Source: Rhynchopus sp. YZ270_cl-10 (lineage: Eukaryota). Taken from it: a stretch of 64,000 nt of DNA. A program made the translations under genes and the position numbers. Shown here piece by piece: positions 45,560-56,966 of the stretch. Each line of letters begins with the position of its first letter. The first letter of the stretch is position 1. The notes beneath the pieces were generated by a model. The model did not search any database. It was not told where the DNA came from and worked only from the letters and a program-made list of their open reading frames with translations. The stretch lies in NCBI GenBank assembly GCA_964035575.1, contig OZ037840.1:1798001-1862000 (forward strand). The letters are read 5' to 3'.

Positions 45560-47329
45560 ATGATGCGTGCCTTCCCACGATACCTCAAAGCCGTGCTGTC
45601 GCTGGACGGGACGCTGAGCTCACAAGAGCAGCAGAAGAGGACACTGTTCTTCTTTATTAACAGTGTGGCGATGTTGTTTGGGTTTTCCCTTGTGGGTATA
45701 CTCAGCAAAACTATGCATGAGCGGTCTTTGAACATTATCGGTTGTGTGCTTTTCCTGACTGCGTCGTGCACAGGTGTGCTGTCTATGCTGTGCAGGCGGA
45801 GGCTGAGCACGCTCCTCGTCGTTACCGTGGCCTGTCTGTACTTTGTTTCAATTCTTTGTTTCGATGTTTCAAAGCGATCTATGGGCGGCACTGTATGGGC
45901 GAACATCGTTCTGATAGTGGACTTCCTTCTTGTGATGCAAACGCCACAGCGATACACTATCGCTCTTGTCGGCATCACGTGCCTTTGGCTGGTGCTGATG
46001 TACATTGAGGAACGTGTACGTTTTGGTGTGCTGGACATGCCTGGCCTAGCAACACAGGAATCTCGAAGGGCTCACTTCGAATCCTTAACGGAATGCACAG
46101 AGCTCCCTTGCGCACATGACAAGAGTCGTATGCTGCTGACTTCGCTTTGCCTCCTGCTCATCGACTTTATCGCAACACGAGGCTTTGCACACAATGTGCT
46201 GAAGGAGCAGGCATCAATGGAGCGGACTATCAACGCTGTGCAGGAGATCGCCTCGCTGCTTGCGGGGTACGACGTGGAGAAGGTGGCGGAGCTGTTGGCA
46301 ACACACGAACACGAGCTGCCTGAGGGGATGACGACGGCACTGCGGAGTCTTGAGGAGAACCTGCGTGTGTACAAGGCGTACCTCCCACAGACGTGTCTGC
46401 CGTTTGAACGGAGGAAGGCCACTTTTTCAAAGGTTTCGCTAGCTTCTTCAAGTGATGTGGGATATAGTAGTACCCCAACTGACAGCTCGTTGTCAACGTC
46501 TGTTTTTCAAATGACGGTACAGCAACAACTGAAACTGTCCTCCGTAATGGCAACACTGCTGACGCTGAACATCAAAGACACGTTGCACCGCTTGGAGGAG
46601 GACAGTGCACGCTTCTCCGACCTGTTCACAACTCTTCTTCTGAAGACGTTGCAAGCAACAGAAGTGCGTCGTGGGATGGTGGACGTCTTTGTTGGGGACA
46701 GGATCCACTGCTCGTTCAACGCGTCGAAGTCATGTGCGTCACACGCAACCTCAGCACTGCACACAGCCACATTGCTGCTGCGTGATGATGACATTGCACC
46801 ACATGTGAACATGGGAGTTGCGACAGGGAAGGTGCTGTGTGGTGACATGGGGTGTGAGGTGATGCGCCGCTTCAGCATGGTGGGTGCGCTTGTGCGTGAT
46901 GTGAACGTGCTGGAACGTGCTGGCCGTGTGTTGGGGTACAGTGCTCTTTGCAACCGCCTCTGCTTCAGTGATGCTGAGTGCGAACACGAACTGCGCCTGG
47001 TTCCTTGCAAGGTGGAAGTTGAGCTGTCCCGTGAGGAGGTTGTTGCTGAGTTGGTTGTGCCGAAGGACGCGCCCAATGTGCCTGAAGCAGAGTGGATGTA
47101 CATGATAGAAGGCAACAAACAGTGGGAGGAGTACAACACAGCTGTGCGTGGGTACCTGAAGGGTGAGGTGTCTGCTTCTGCTGTGGCAAAAGCGGCACAG
47201 AGCAAGAGCAACACAAAGACCGTCCACAATCTTGGTGCTTTGCCTCCACAGTGCGAGGTTCTCCGGCTGTCGGTGCCGACGAAGGATGTGGCTGCTTCTG
47301 TGACGTCAGTGTTGACAGAATACTGTTGA
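45560..47329 (+). CDS. Multi-TM cyclase-like protein with degenerate class III domain (intact copy)
   Basis: Uninterrupted ORF from MMRAFPRY; same motifs as 36683. Confidence 0.9.
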   Translation: MMRAFPRYLKAVLSLDGTLSSQEQQKRTLFFFINSVAMLFGFSLVGILSKTMHERSLNIIGCVLFLTASCTGVLSMLCRRRLSTLLVVTVACLYFVSILCFDVSKRSMGGTVWANIVLIVDFLLVMQTPQRYTIALVGITCLWLVLMYIEERVRFGVLDMPGLATQESRRAHFESLTECTELPCAHDKSRMLLTSLCLLLIDFIATRGFAHNVLKEQASMERTINAVQEIASLLAGYDVEKVAELLATHEHELPEGMTTALRSLEENLRVYKAYLPQTCLPFERRKATFSKVSLASSSDVGYSSTPTDSSLSTSVFQMTVQQQLKLSSVMATLLTLNIKDTLHRLEEDSARFSDLFTTLLLKTLQATEVRRGMVDVFVGDRIHCSFNASKSCASHATSALHTATLLLRDDDIAPHVNMGVATGKVLCGDMGCEVMRRFSMVGALVRDVNVLERAGRVLGYSALCNRLCFSDAECEHELRLVPCKVEVELSREEVVAELVVPKDAPNVPEAEWMYMIEGNKQWEEYNTAVRGYLKGEVSASAVAKAAQSKSNTKTVHNLGALPPQCEVLRLSVPTKDVAASVTSVLTEYC

Positions 47330-47973
47330 CGTTCACTGCAACACTTTTGATGAGGGTTAGTGGGACGAATATGATCAAGGTGACTAAGAACGGGGCTTAG
47401 CTATATTTTATAAACTTGCCTTGACACTGCCTCCGTGGATGCTGTTGACAGCTACGGATGGGATAGCAACAGCTACCTACATCAAGGTCTTAACAGACCT
47501 TTCATTTGAGGGCTTTGGTATTTGACGTTACGTTACCTTAACGTAAAAAATTGTTTTATTTACATATTATTTACACAGGATACTCAGCCTGGGTCTTCTT
47601 CATCTCTCGATTGAAAGTATATGAAGATAACGTTTGCGTATGAGAACAATGACGTGGACAGCGTACCAACTAAACAAAAGACGAACAGGTTTTTATTATT
47701 TTTGTTAACAAACCACCGAATCTCATCTTTCTCCGGGTTTGCGGAAGGAGGGCTGGAGGGATAAAGAAATAAAGAATAAAAATAGGGTATCCTTTGATGC
47801 TTACCCCACACACGTCCCTAAAGAAGACGTTGCGGTGCACGTACCTGTTCACATTCATGCAGTGTTGCAGTGTATGTCTTCCTCCTGGCAGGTCCATCTG
47901 CCTGTGTCTTTTTTCCATCTCTTCTGACCTCACAAACCCACAAATGTAGAAGTCCCCCACATCACACCTAAAC

Positions 47974-49122
47974 ATGGAGGTCACGTTCGAGCACAGTGAG
48001 ACAGGCACCACTGCTGTGGTCGACGTGGGTGAGGAGGAGACGGTTGACTCTCTCCGTGTGCGGGTGTGTGAGGCGCTGGGCCTGCCCACGGGTGCACACC
48101 ACAGCGCGCGGATTGCACTGCACACAGACGACGGGGAGCAGGAGCTGTGTGCCGGCAGCGTGGCGGGGTATGCAGTGACGTCTGCTTCACGTGTTGCTGT
48201 GCACTGCGCACGCCCTGCGTGGAAGCACCAGACGTACGTGAGTGCGAGCATCAACCAGGCAGCCGTGCTCTCTCCCTGCGCGACGCTGCTCTGTGCCGGC
48301 ACAGCGTCTGGCACTGCGCTGTACAACCTTGTCACTGGTGAGCAGGTCGTGCAGTACACAAACGGCACCGGCGCGCCGATGGACTTCATCGCCAGCGACG
48401 AGGCGGCGGCCCGCTGCCAGCAGGACAGCACACAGGTGAAGGTCTTCAGCCCAGCGACGCAGGAAGTGCGTCTCACGCTCTCCTGCGACGGCGACATCAA
48501 CAGCGTCGTGCACACACCATGCGGGCTCGCAGTGTTGACGTCACGCACGCTGCAGTTCTTCTGCGAGGAGTCGGGTGCGGAGTACACGGCACTGAGGCGG
48601 AGCTGTGCAGGTATGTCGAAGCTGCGTGTGGCTCCTGATGCGATGCACTTTGCGGCAGTCCACCTACGTACGCGTGTTGTGCTGCTGGACTCTAGCGGGA
48701 CCACGCTGGCCGAGTTTTCTGCACACGATGCAGCTGTGCGCGTTGTGGTCTTCTCGCCGTGCTCGACACTGCTTGCCTCTGGTGCCGACGACTGCACAGT
48801 AGCCCTCTTCTCAGTTACGTCGTGCACACAGATCCGTCGCTTTGAGTGCGAATCGTACGTACTGAGTTGTGCCTTCTCTCCGTGCGCACGGTACCTCTAT
48901 ACGGGGCTCTGTGGCGGGAGCGTTGGGAAGCACGATGTGCGCGAAGTTGCAGCTGCCACGGGCGAAGGTGGTGAGGACGTCAGTGACAGTGAGCGACACA
49001 GCTACGACCTGCACGGCAACACATGGGCCATGTGCGTGTCGCCCTGTGGAGGCTCGCTTGCGTCGCTTGGTGTCTACAGTGGCGTCTCCAGTGTCATTGT
49101 GTGCGACCCTCAAGTGGCCTAG
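47974..49122 (+). CDS. Ubiquitin-like domain + WD40-repeat protein
   Basis: N-terminus TGTTAVVDVGEEETVDSLRVRVCEALGLP; WD40 blade AHDAAVRVVVFSPCSTLLASGADDCTVALF. Confidence 0.88.
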   Translation: MEVTFEHSETGTTAVVDVGEEETVDSLRVRVCEALGLPTGAHHSARIALHTDDGEQELCAGSVAGYAVTSASRVAVHCARPAWKHQTYVSASINQAAVLSPCATLLCAGTASGTALYNLVTGEQVVQYTNGTGAPMDFIASDEAAARCQQDSTQVKVFSPATQEVRLTLSCDGDINSVVHTPCGLAVLTSRTLQFFCEESGAEYTALRRSCAGMSKLRVAPDAMHFAAVHLRTRVVLLDSSGTTLAEFSAHDAAVRVVVFSPCSTLLASGADDCTVALFSVTSCTQIRRFECESYVLSCAFSPCARYLYTGLCGGSVGKHDVREVAAATGEGGEDVSDSERHSYDLHGNTWAMCVSPCGGSLASLGVYSGVSSVIVCDPQVA

Positions 49123-50097
49123 CTGTGACGCAGTGACGTAGGGTGCGAAGAGCATGTGGACGTGTTGTTTTATGGTATCCGATTTTTCTTTTAGCTGACT
49201 AAGTAAGGAACTTCCCGCAAACACGTGTTTCTGCAATGCGAACATATTTTGTGAGAACGACCCAACCGCTACTTCTGCAGGTACAAGGTGGCTTCGCTCT
49301 TCTCAAGGACTCCTCTCTTTTCAGGCGTCCATCTCTTGCTCACCACTGTAGCCTAGTCGAGGGCTGTTTGCTTTCTTGTTTGCACACTTTGCCTCGCTTT
49401 TTTTGTTGTGGTGTATTTTTTTGCCAATTTTTCTGTTGTTTTCCATCATTGATCATTACCTTGTGTCGTCTGATAGGAAACGAACGAACCTCTGTCGCCT
49501 CTTTACGTCTCAGGCTGCTATAGTGGTCCCATGTTACTTCCATTTTTGTGAGACTCAGAGTTCTTTTTTTTTGACAAGGGTACATTTTTACACCCTTTGC
49601 GCACCCTCTCTTCCTTCTTTTTGTCAGAAAAGAATAATATTATGAAATAATTTTTGAAGGTTTTGTTGACGAGTATCAATTAGCCTCTGATGGCCCACAG
49701 GTGGTGTTTGTCGTGAATTTCTCATTTCTCCCCTCCCCCTACCCACTTCTTGCTAGGGGCTGACGTTTTCGACACGTTAATCAGTTTTCGTAGAGATTCA
49801 TGACAAAGGATACGTTTTATCGCATTGCAATATGTGTTCAGCATATTCCAGAAAGTTTTCCGTTTCTTTTTTGTGCCTTTCGCAGACACAATTCATCACC
49901 AATATTGAAAACTTGGTTGTATTAGTGTATCCACCCTAGAGTGTGCTCCACTATATTTTGTTTGAACCAAAGTCTCTTTCACTATTCAATCAAAATTAAA
50001 GTGCAAATAAAGTATTTCCCATTCTCAGCAACAACTACCTACCTACCCACACTATTTTCAATTTCAGAAGCACAAAAAAAAAAATTAGTACAGAAAT

Positions 50098-51288
50098 ATG
50101 GACCTGACTGTCGAATGGGCACCTTCAGGCGAACAGTACGTGCTGGAGGTAGCCTTAGAAGCTGATGTGCTGGACTTAAAGAAGGCTGTCAGCAAAATTT
50201 TGCACGAAACTCTGAAGAGCACAAGCCCACTCCACGTTGTGCCGTCTGCCGAGGGTATTGAGCTTCTGTGGCACGCACCCTGTGGGGAACGCATCACGCT
50301 TGGTGAGGACACAGACAGCCTATCTGGCTGTGCTGTGTCCGGTGGCGACAAGATCACCGCAGACGTGGCACACGCGAAGTGGGCATGTCCGCGAGACTAC
50401 TCCATTGGGACAGGGGTCGACGGGATCTGGAACATCTCGCTGTCACGTTGCGGGCGGTTTTGTGCCCTTGGTCTGTGGACATCCATTCAGATCATGGACC
50501 TGGTGACGGGGCTTGTTGTGCTCTCGGTGCCGACGTGCTCCTTCCGCGTGGCGATGACGGACTTATACGTTGTGGCGCGTGATAACGTGGTGCGCTCGAA
50601 GGCACTTATCATGGACGTTAAGACAGGCGACGTTGTGTCGGAGATGCACAACCATTCGGGAAACATCCTCTCCCTCACGTCGACCAGCTGCAGCTCGTAC
50701 ATCGTAAGCTGTTCGTTGGACAGAACCATCTGTGTGAGTCAGACGACAGGCGAGCTGCTGAACAGAATCGACTGCGACTTTGAGCCCTTTGGTATGACCG
50801 TCTCTTCCTGCAACCTGTGGTTCGCTGTCGGCTTCAGGACTGGTCACGTCAAGCTGTACGAATTCACTCAACCGGAGTGCGAGTTGTCGCACACCTTCAC
50901 TGCGCATGAGAACCAGGTCATCAGCGTTGCCTTCTCGCCGTGTTCGAAGGTGCTTGCGTCAGGTTCAGAGGACAACACTGTGTGCATCTACTCCGTCGCG
51001 GAGCGCATCCAGCTGCGGAAGCTGCTTCACCAAAGCGCGATCTGGTGTGTGCGCTTCACACGCTGCTCGGAGTACATCCTCTCGTCCGTGGGGATGACGA
51101 TACGCCGCCACCACGTGGCCACGGGGGAGAGCCTCGGGCAGCTCAGGCACCACACAAAGAACGTCTGCGCCGTTGCGATATCACCCTGCAACACGTTCTT
51201 CGTCTCAGGTGGCGACGACCTCGTGCTTGTCGTGAGAGACATCAACTCCTTCCCAATCGACGAAAGAGCCGATGGCAACGAGAATTAA
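50098..51288 (+). CDS. Ubiquitin-like domain + WD40-repeat protein
   Basis: N-terminus SGEQYVLEVALEADVLDLKKAV; WD40 blades AHENQVISVAFSPCSKVLASGSEDNTV and HHTKNVCAVAISPCNTFFVSGGDD. Confidence 0.9.
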   Translation: MDLTVEWAPSGEQYVLEVALEADVLDLKKAVSKILHETLKSTSPLHVVPSAEGIELLWHAPCGERITLGEDTDSLSGCAVSGGDKITADVAHAKWACPRDYSIGTGVDGIWNISLSRCGRFCALGLWTSIQIMDLVTGLVVLSVPTCSFRVAMTDLYVVARDNVVRSKALIMDVKTGDVVSEMHNHSGNILSLTSTSCSSYIVSCSLDRTICVSQTTGELLNRIDCDFEPFGMTVSSCNLWFAVGFRTGHVKLYEFTQPECELSHTFTAHENQVISVAFSPCSKVLASGSEDNTVCIYSVAERIQLRKLLHQSAIWCVRFTRCSEYILSSVGMTIRRHHVATGESLGQLRHHTKNVCAVAISPCNTFFVSGGDDLVLVVRDINSFPIDERADGNEN

Positions 51289-51941
51289 ATTTTGTGATAA
51301 AAGCGGTGGGATTGGGGTGGTATAATTTTAAACGTTTTTTTTTTTTGCGGCGGCTTTTTTTCTCAATTGTTGAGTGTGCGTGTCACTTAGTTATGTTTTT
51401 TTTTTTTGCTTCATCAACTCTTTTGTAACAATATTTTGTGGTGAGAGTGACGCTCCTGCTAGATTGTTTTTTTTTGGTGCCTGTTAACCGTGCTGCTGTT
51501 CTCAATTGCGGAACAAAGCGGATGGCTCCCTATTTGTGTCCTCTGTCGAATGCAAGCCGTGTAGACTGTGTCCCCCCCCCCTTTTGCATCAACGTCACCC
51601 TTTTTGTTTTTTTATGCCACCTCCACCTTCGGCCTTCCCTCTGCCTGACAGCAGTGCGGTGTCGCTCTTCTTGCTGTGTTCAGAGAGTGCAACTGGCCCT
51701 GTAGGTGGTGTGTGCCTTAGTCGTTGTGCAATACGGAAACCCACGGGAAAAGGAGTTCCCAAAACGTTCACAAAAATGTGTGGTTTCAGGTTATCTGCAT
51801 TTATATTTTTTTTTGTTCAAAATTTTGTGGTCCAAGTCTTTTCCCCAAAACGCGACAGTTGCAGAAGTATGATATGATGTGTTAGGGATTTCCAGGGCTC
51901 CTTATTTCAGGGTGGGCAGTTTTTTTTGTGTATTTTTTGTA

Positions 51942-53444
51942 CCGTTTTTTCACCCACCCAACCGGACCCAACACAGCCCATCTGGACCCACCTGGGGTCA
52001 ATTATACCCAATTATACCCAATTATACCCAAGTACAGCCCAATTTTGCCCAATCACGCCCAATTACAGCCCAATTACACCCAATTACAACCAATTACACC
52101 CAGTCACACCACTAGCACAACTCAGGTGTTTTTGAGGGGGGCTTACCAGGGGGTGACCTGTTTTGCTTGCTCATACGGTGGGGTCTAGCCTCTGAGCGGG
52201 TCAAACGGGATACTCAACTAGAGGGTGTGACGACACCCGCTTTTCGGGTGTGGCACCGAAAAGTGGGAACGCCTATGACGGGCGGGTTTTGGTAACCGGA
52301 CAGGGGACTGTATGCCTTCCAGATATTTTGTGTCACTACATGCCCACTCAGCCTTCTTCCTCACAACGCACGTACGTGGGTCATTTTTACCTTGTAAAAT
52401 TGTAACACTGGCGGCATTCTTCCCAGCACACATCAGCACATAGAAACCGGTAAAAACACATGTAATCTGTGGTGGTCAAAAGTACAAAATTCCTTCGCCA
52501 ATGCATTATTTGGGTATTTGTTATACCTGGAGAATATGGCCAGACCACTCTTCAGGCCACCTGGCGTTTACCCCAATAATAACACTTTTTCATACTATTT
52601 TTGACCGTGGAGTTTGTGTATCGGTACAGGTGATGGTTTTCGGAAGTTGGCTTTGGCAATCAGGTGGTTTGTGTACTGTGTACTGTGTACTGTGTACTGT
52701 GTACTGTGTACTGTGTACTGTGTACTGTGTACTGTGTACTGTGTACTGTGTACTGTGTACTGTGTACTGTGTACTGTGTACTGTGTACTGTGTACTGTGT
52801 ACTGTGTACTGTGTACTGTGTACTGTGTACTGTGTACTGTGTACTGTGTACTGTGTACTGTGTACTGTGTACTGTGTACTGTGTACTGTGTACTGTGTAC
52901 TGTGTACTGTGTACTGTGTACTGTGTACTGTGTACTGTGTACTGTGTACTGTGTACTGTGTACTGTGTACTGTGTACTGTGTACTGTGTACTGTGTACTG
53001 TGTACTGTGTACTGTGTACTGTGTACTGTGTACTGTGTACTGTGTACTGTGTACTGTGTACTGTGTACTGTGCGGAAATTGACCAAAAACGAGAACTTGT
53101 CCATTTCGGCAAATTGACCCCACCACTGGCCGGACGGATTCCGAAAGTGCAAATGCCGCTGTTTAAAAGCAGCCATTTCTTGCAGGTCAAATGGGGGAAA
53201 CGGTACATGTGTCCTTTATTCTCGCATTAGGTGCAGCATTTGTGACCACTCACCAAGGCATCTTTTTCATCGCCGTTTTCGATTTTATATTGATTTGTAG
53301 GGAAACAGCACAGAAGCGGGAAAATTTGGGGGTGTGGGGACCGAAAAGCAAGTCAAAAGTGCAAAAAACGGCAAAAAATGGCATTTTTGCCCAATTTCAC
53401 CCAATTACGCCCAATTACAGCCCAATTACACCCGGAAAAAACGG
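51942..53444. mobile_element. 1.5-kb TIR element with TA TSD and central microsatellite
   Basis: TA|CCGTTTTTTC ... GAAAAAACGG|TA; CCCAATTACA-type 10-mers in direct orientation near both ends (~52000-52110 and ~53390-53433). Confidence 0.75.
52670..53068 (-). repeat. (TACACAG)n microsatellite, ~57 perfect units (TGTGTAC on +)
   Basis: Read directly. Confidence 0.97.
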
Positions 53445-54216
53445 TACATTTTTGCCAGATTTGAACTTCAATCCCTATCTGAGGATGGAGACCCGCCCAA
53501 ATGAAAAAACTCGTCGATAGTTCTGCCCGTCGCTTTTGTTTTGGTAAACAGCTCGAGAGCACTCCCTATTATATTTATCGCGTCGTCTGAAACCCTCCTT
53601 TTTTTCAATTTGCGTAACTACGAAGTTTTCCCAAAGCTTCTTGTGTCTTTTCTGTTGCTTCTGGGAGAGGTCTTTTTTTTTTTTTTGTAACGTTTTCTTT
53701 GTCACGCTTTCTTGTAAGGTAGGGTCCTATCACATTTTTTCATTTCTCTCTCTTTTTTTTTGGGAAATAACTGCTGTGCTGCTGACAGTCTTCCCTGTCA
53801 GCAACTCCCAGTTAATTTGCAGCACTCCGGGGTTCGCGAACCTGTGTGGAGTGTCAGTGTTTGCATCCTCACCAGTCTCATCAGAGACGTTTGCACGATC
53901 ATCAATCTCACGTTTTTTTAGTGGTATAGAAGGGCCGGAGTGTGGTGCTCGAGGGAGCTCTCCCTCTGTTCTTGTTCACTCCTGCCCTTTTCTGACCTTC
54001 TTCGCCTCTTGCTGTGGAGGAAGACAAGGATAATCTTGGCTGTTTTTTTTCTGCTCCTCTGGACTGTTAATGTGACGCAGCTGAAGAGGTTGTCAGTGTA
54101 GAAGGTCTAATTCGATTATCGGTGTGATTTTCAAGATTACTAAAATAAGTCTAACTTTTCTGGGAAAATATGTCGTCCAAGTGTAGCGTTTGGAGTCGTT
54201 TGGGTCTTTTTTTTTT

Positions 54217-56215
54217 GGGTGAAAGTCAAATGTATACACATATACACAGGGTTATAGTCAGATCTATACACTCATTGTATATACAATTGTCAATTGTACA
54301 TACAATTGTATAGAAATTGTATAGATCTGACTATTTGATGTACAATCCCAACTTTTTTCTCGTCAGATCTATACAATTTATGTACAATCCCAGTATACAC
54401 TAGGTCGTACACAAATTGTATAGATTTGACTATACAAAAGTCAGATCTATACAATTTTTGGATTGTACACTCGAGGGAGATTGTACACGCCATACCCAGG
54501 TACCCAGGTACCCAGGTACCCAGGTACCCAGGTACCCAGGTACCCAGGTACCCAGGTACCCAGGTACCCAGGTACCCAGGTACCCAGGTACCCAGGTACC
54601 CAGGTACCCAGGTACCCAGGTACCCAGGTACCCAGGTACCCAGGTACCCAGGTACCCAGGTACCCAGGTACCCAGGTACCCAGGTACCCAGGTACACGGT
54701 ACACTGGATACAAGGATAAAGGTCGTGAAAGAGCAACCACAGCCAACCCGCCAGTCACTGAAAAGTGACCAGACAGTCCACTTGACAAACACAAAAGTCT
54801 CCGTCGCGTGGGGCATTCATGCACTGAGGAGATAATGATCCAACAATTCACAAGAAAACATTACTTAACCTACTGCTGGAAATTGACAGGTCGTAGTAAC
54901 ACACAAAGTGTGCCTCCGTTCGGGAATATCGGAGTTATAGAGTCCTAAAAGGCCTCTGCCGCTAGTCAAGGTATAACCGAATGAACGGCCCAAGACCCCC
55001 GTGGAGAAGTTAAATGTTGTAATGATTTCAAGTAAAATGCGAGCACTGTCTTACCCTCCTCAATGCATGGTGGAAGATGTCTTTCACAACAAATATCCTG
55101 TACCCAGGTACCCAAATTCCCAAACCCACGCAGTGGCACATGACCGCAAGTGTGAGTGACCCACACATGAGGGAATGCGACACTACGCAAAATTTACCAC
55201 CAGACCCTGTCTTCGTGTACCTGAAGTACAACGCCGCAGACAGGCCAAACATGCGTTGGACTCAGAGGAATGCCCGCTGTGCAGGTATCAAACATGAGAA
55301 CAACTCCCAGCAACAAGGGGCGCCTTTTGGCGGGCGTTGTTGAGGGTGTTTGGGGTGCAAAGTTTTCCACAATTTTGATGCGCGGGTACAGAAGTGTTGT
55401 GTTGTTCTTTCATCTCTAGGAATGTAAATGTCAATCGCGTTTAACTACCACGAGGGCTTGTTCAGTGAACCCACAAGGGGTCGAAGGGGGTTGGTTATCC
55501 CGTATCTATCAAAGGTTGTGTCGACCAGGCGAATCCACTATGTTACGCTGTACGTTGTTAAATCCGAAGAAATAACGCTTTAGCAGCCGCAGGAAGTAAG
55601 TAGTGCCTCACGCTACACAAACCACCACCCGCAATTGACTTAGATGTTATAACAAAGAGAATTCAGAACAAAACAACACCCTGCCCCATACACACTAAAT
55701 TGTCATGTTTCAAGAACATGCCTGGGCCAAAATTACTATGACGAAAAGGCAACAAGACCACCCACAAGGAGTGTGAAATGTGCGCTGGTTTTCTGGGGGA
55801 ACGCAATATTTTCTTGTGCCTCGTCCTCCGCGAGCAGAGGACAGACTTTCCGGAAGGTTTCCAAAGGTCGAATTTCTTTGCAATGCTATGCTCCCTGGGT
55901 TAAATGGCAATAGCAGTGACTGACTTCTGAGAAAAATCGGGTGTGCGAAACCCAATGTCCATTGTTTTGGTGTAGTCCTGTTGGGGGTGGGTGTGGGTGG
56001 GCGGGTAGGTGGGTGGGTGTGTGGTTCCTAGTGTACACTGAAATTGTACATAAATTGTATAGATCTGACTATAAAAAAAGTTGGGATTGTACATCAAATA
56101 GTCAGATCTATACAATTTCTATACAATTGTATGTACAATTGACAATTGTATATACAATGAGTGTATAGATCTGACTATAACCCTGTGTATATGTGTATAC
56201 ATTTGACTTTCACCC
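54217..56215. mobile_element. 2-kb non-autonomous Mutator-like element with ~188-bp TIRs
   Basis: GGGTGAAAGTCAAATGTATACAC... (54217-54404) inverted at 56027-56215 and nearly identical; ten T on each side, consistent with a 9-10-bp TSD. Confidence 0.9.
54493..54692 (+). repeat. (TACCCAGG)n microsatellite, 25 perfect units
   Basis: Read directly; followed by decaying units TACACGG and TACACTGG. Confidence 0.97.
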
Positions 56216-56966
56216 TTTTTTTTTTGTAAAACCTTTTGGTTCTGAACCGCTGGGTCTGAACTGTCGTTCTTGCAAACCCTTCGTCCCACACTTGTCCGAA
56301 CGCCACACTTAGTGGCCTACACAGTCCTTCCCCTTTATTACTATTCTTTTTTGCGGGATTTTTTCAAGCGCCTGAATTTTCCGTAATATTGGTTACCCAG
56401 AAAAGGGCTGTGTTGTGGGGGATGTGGTGCCGTCATAGTATGACCACACCGCCCTGTTATGTTCCCTCATCTTTGAGACAGGGACAAAAGGACCTTTGTG
56501 ACAAACGCAACTGAACGCCAGCCAATCCATTATTTTATTGGACTTCATTAACCGTTAACGTCACGTATGCCTTCTTGAGGCAATATCCTATTTTTTTTTT
56601 ACTGTGTTCAAATTGAAAATAGAACACAGCTCTTTTAGACCAGTATTTATCTTTTTTTGGATTGTTTCTTTTTCCCCCGCTACTTTTTCTGTAAGTTGTT
56701 ACGGGTGTCTTCTCACAATCCCTCTCTCCACTCCGCCCGCAACTACGATCAAAAAAAATGAAGAAGGGGACTCTTGTCACACAATTTTCACACAATACTT
56801 CAATGCATTGCATACATATGGGCCTCTTTCAAAGCCCCACACCATTTTCCACGTCGAATTTATCCCACCAACCCACCACCACTTTCCCACCCTTCTCGCG
56901 GTTTACTGGTGAACCACTACCTGCTCAACTTCACATTGTATTCAGGTTTCACCAAAACACATTGAG

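Noticed and set aside
52501..54851. ORFs of repeated VYCVLCT and PRYPGTQV
   Set aside because: Same microsatellite artefact.
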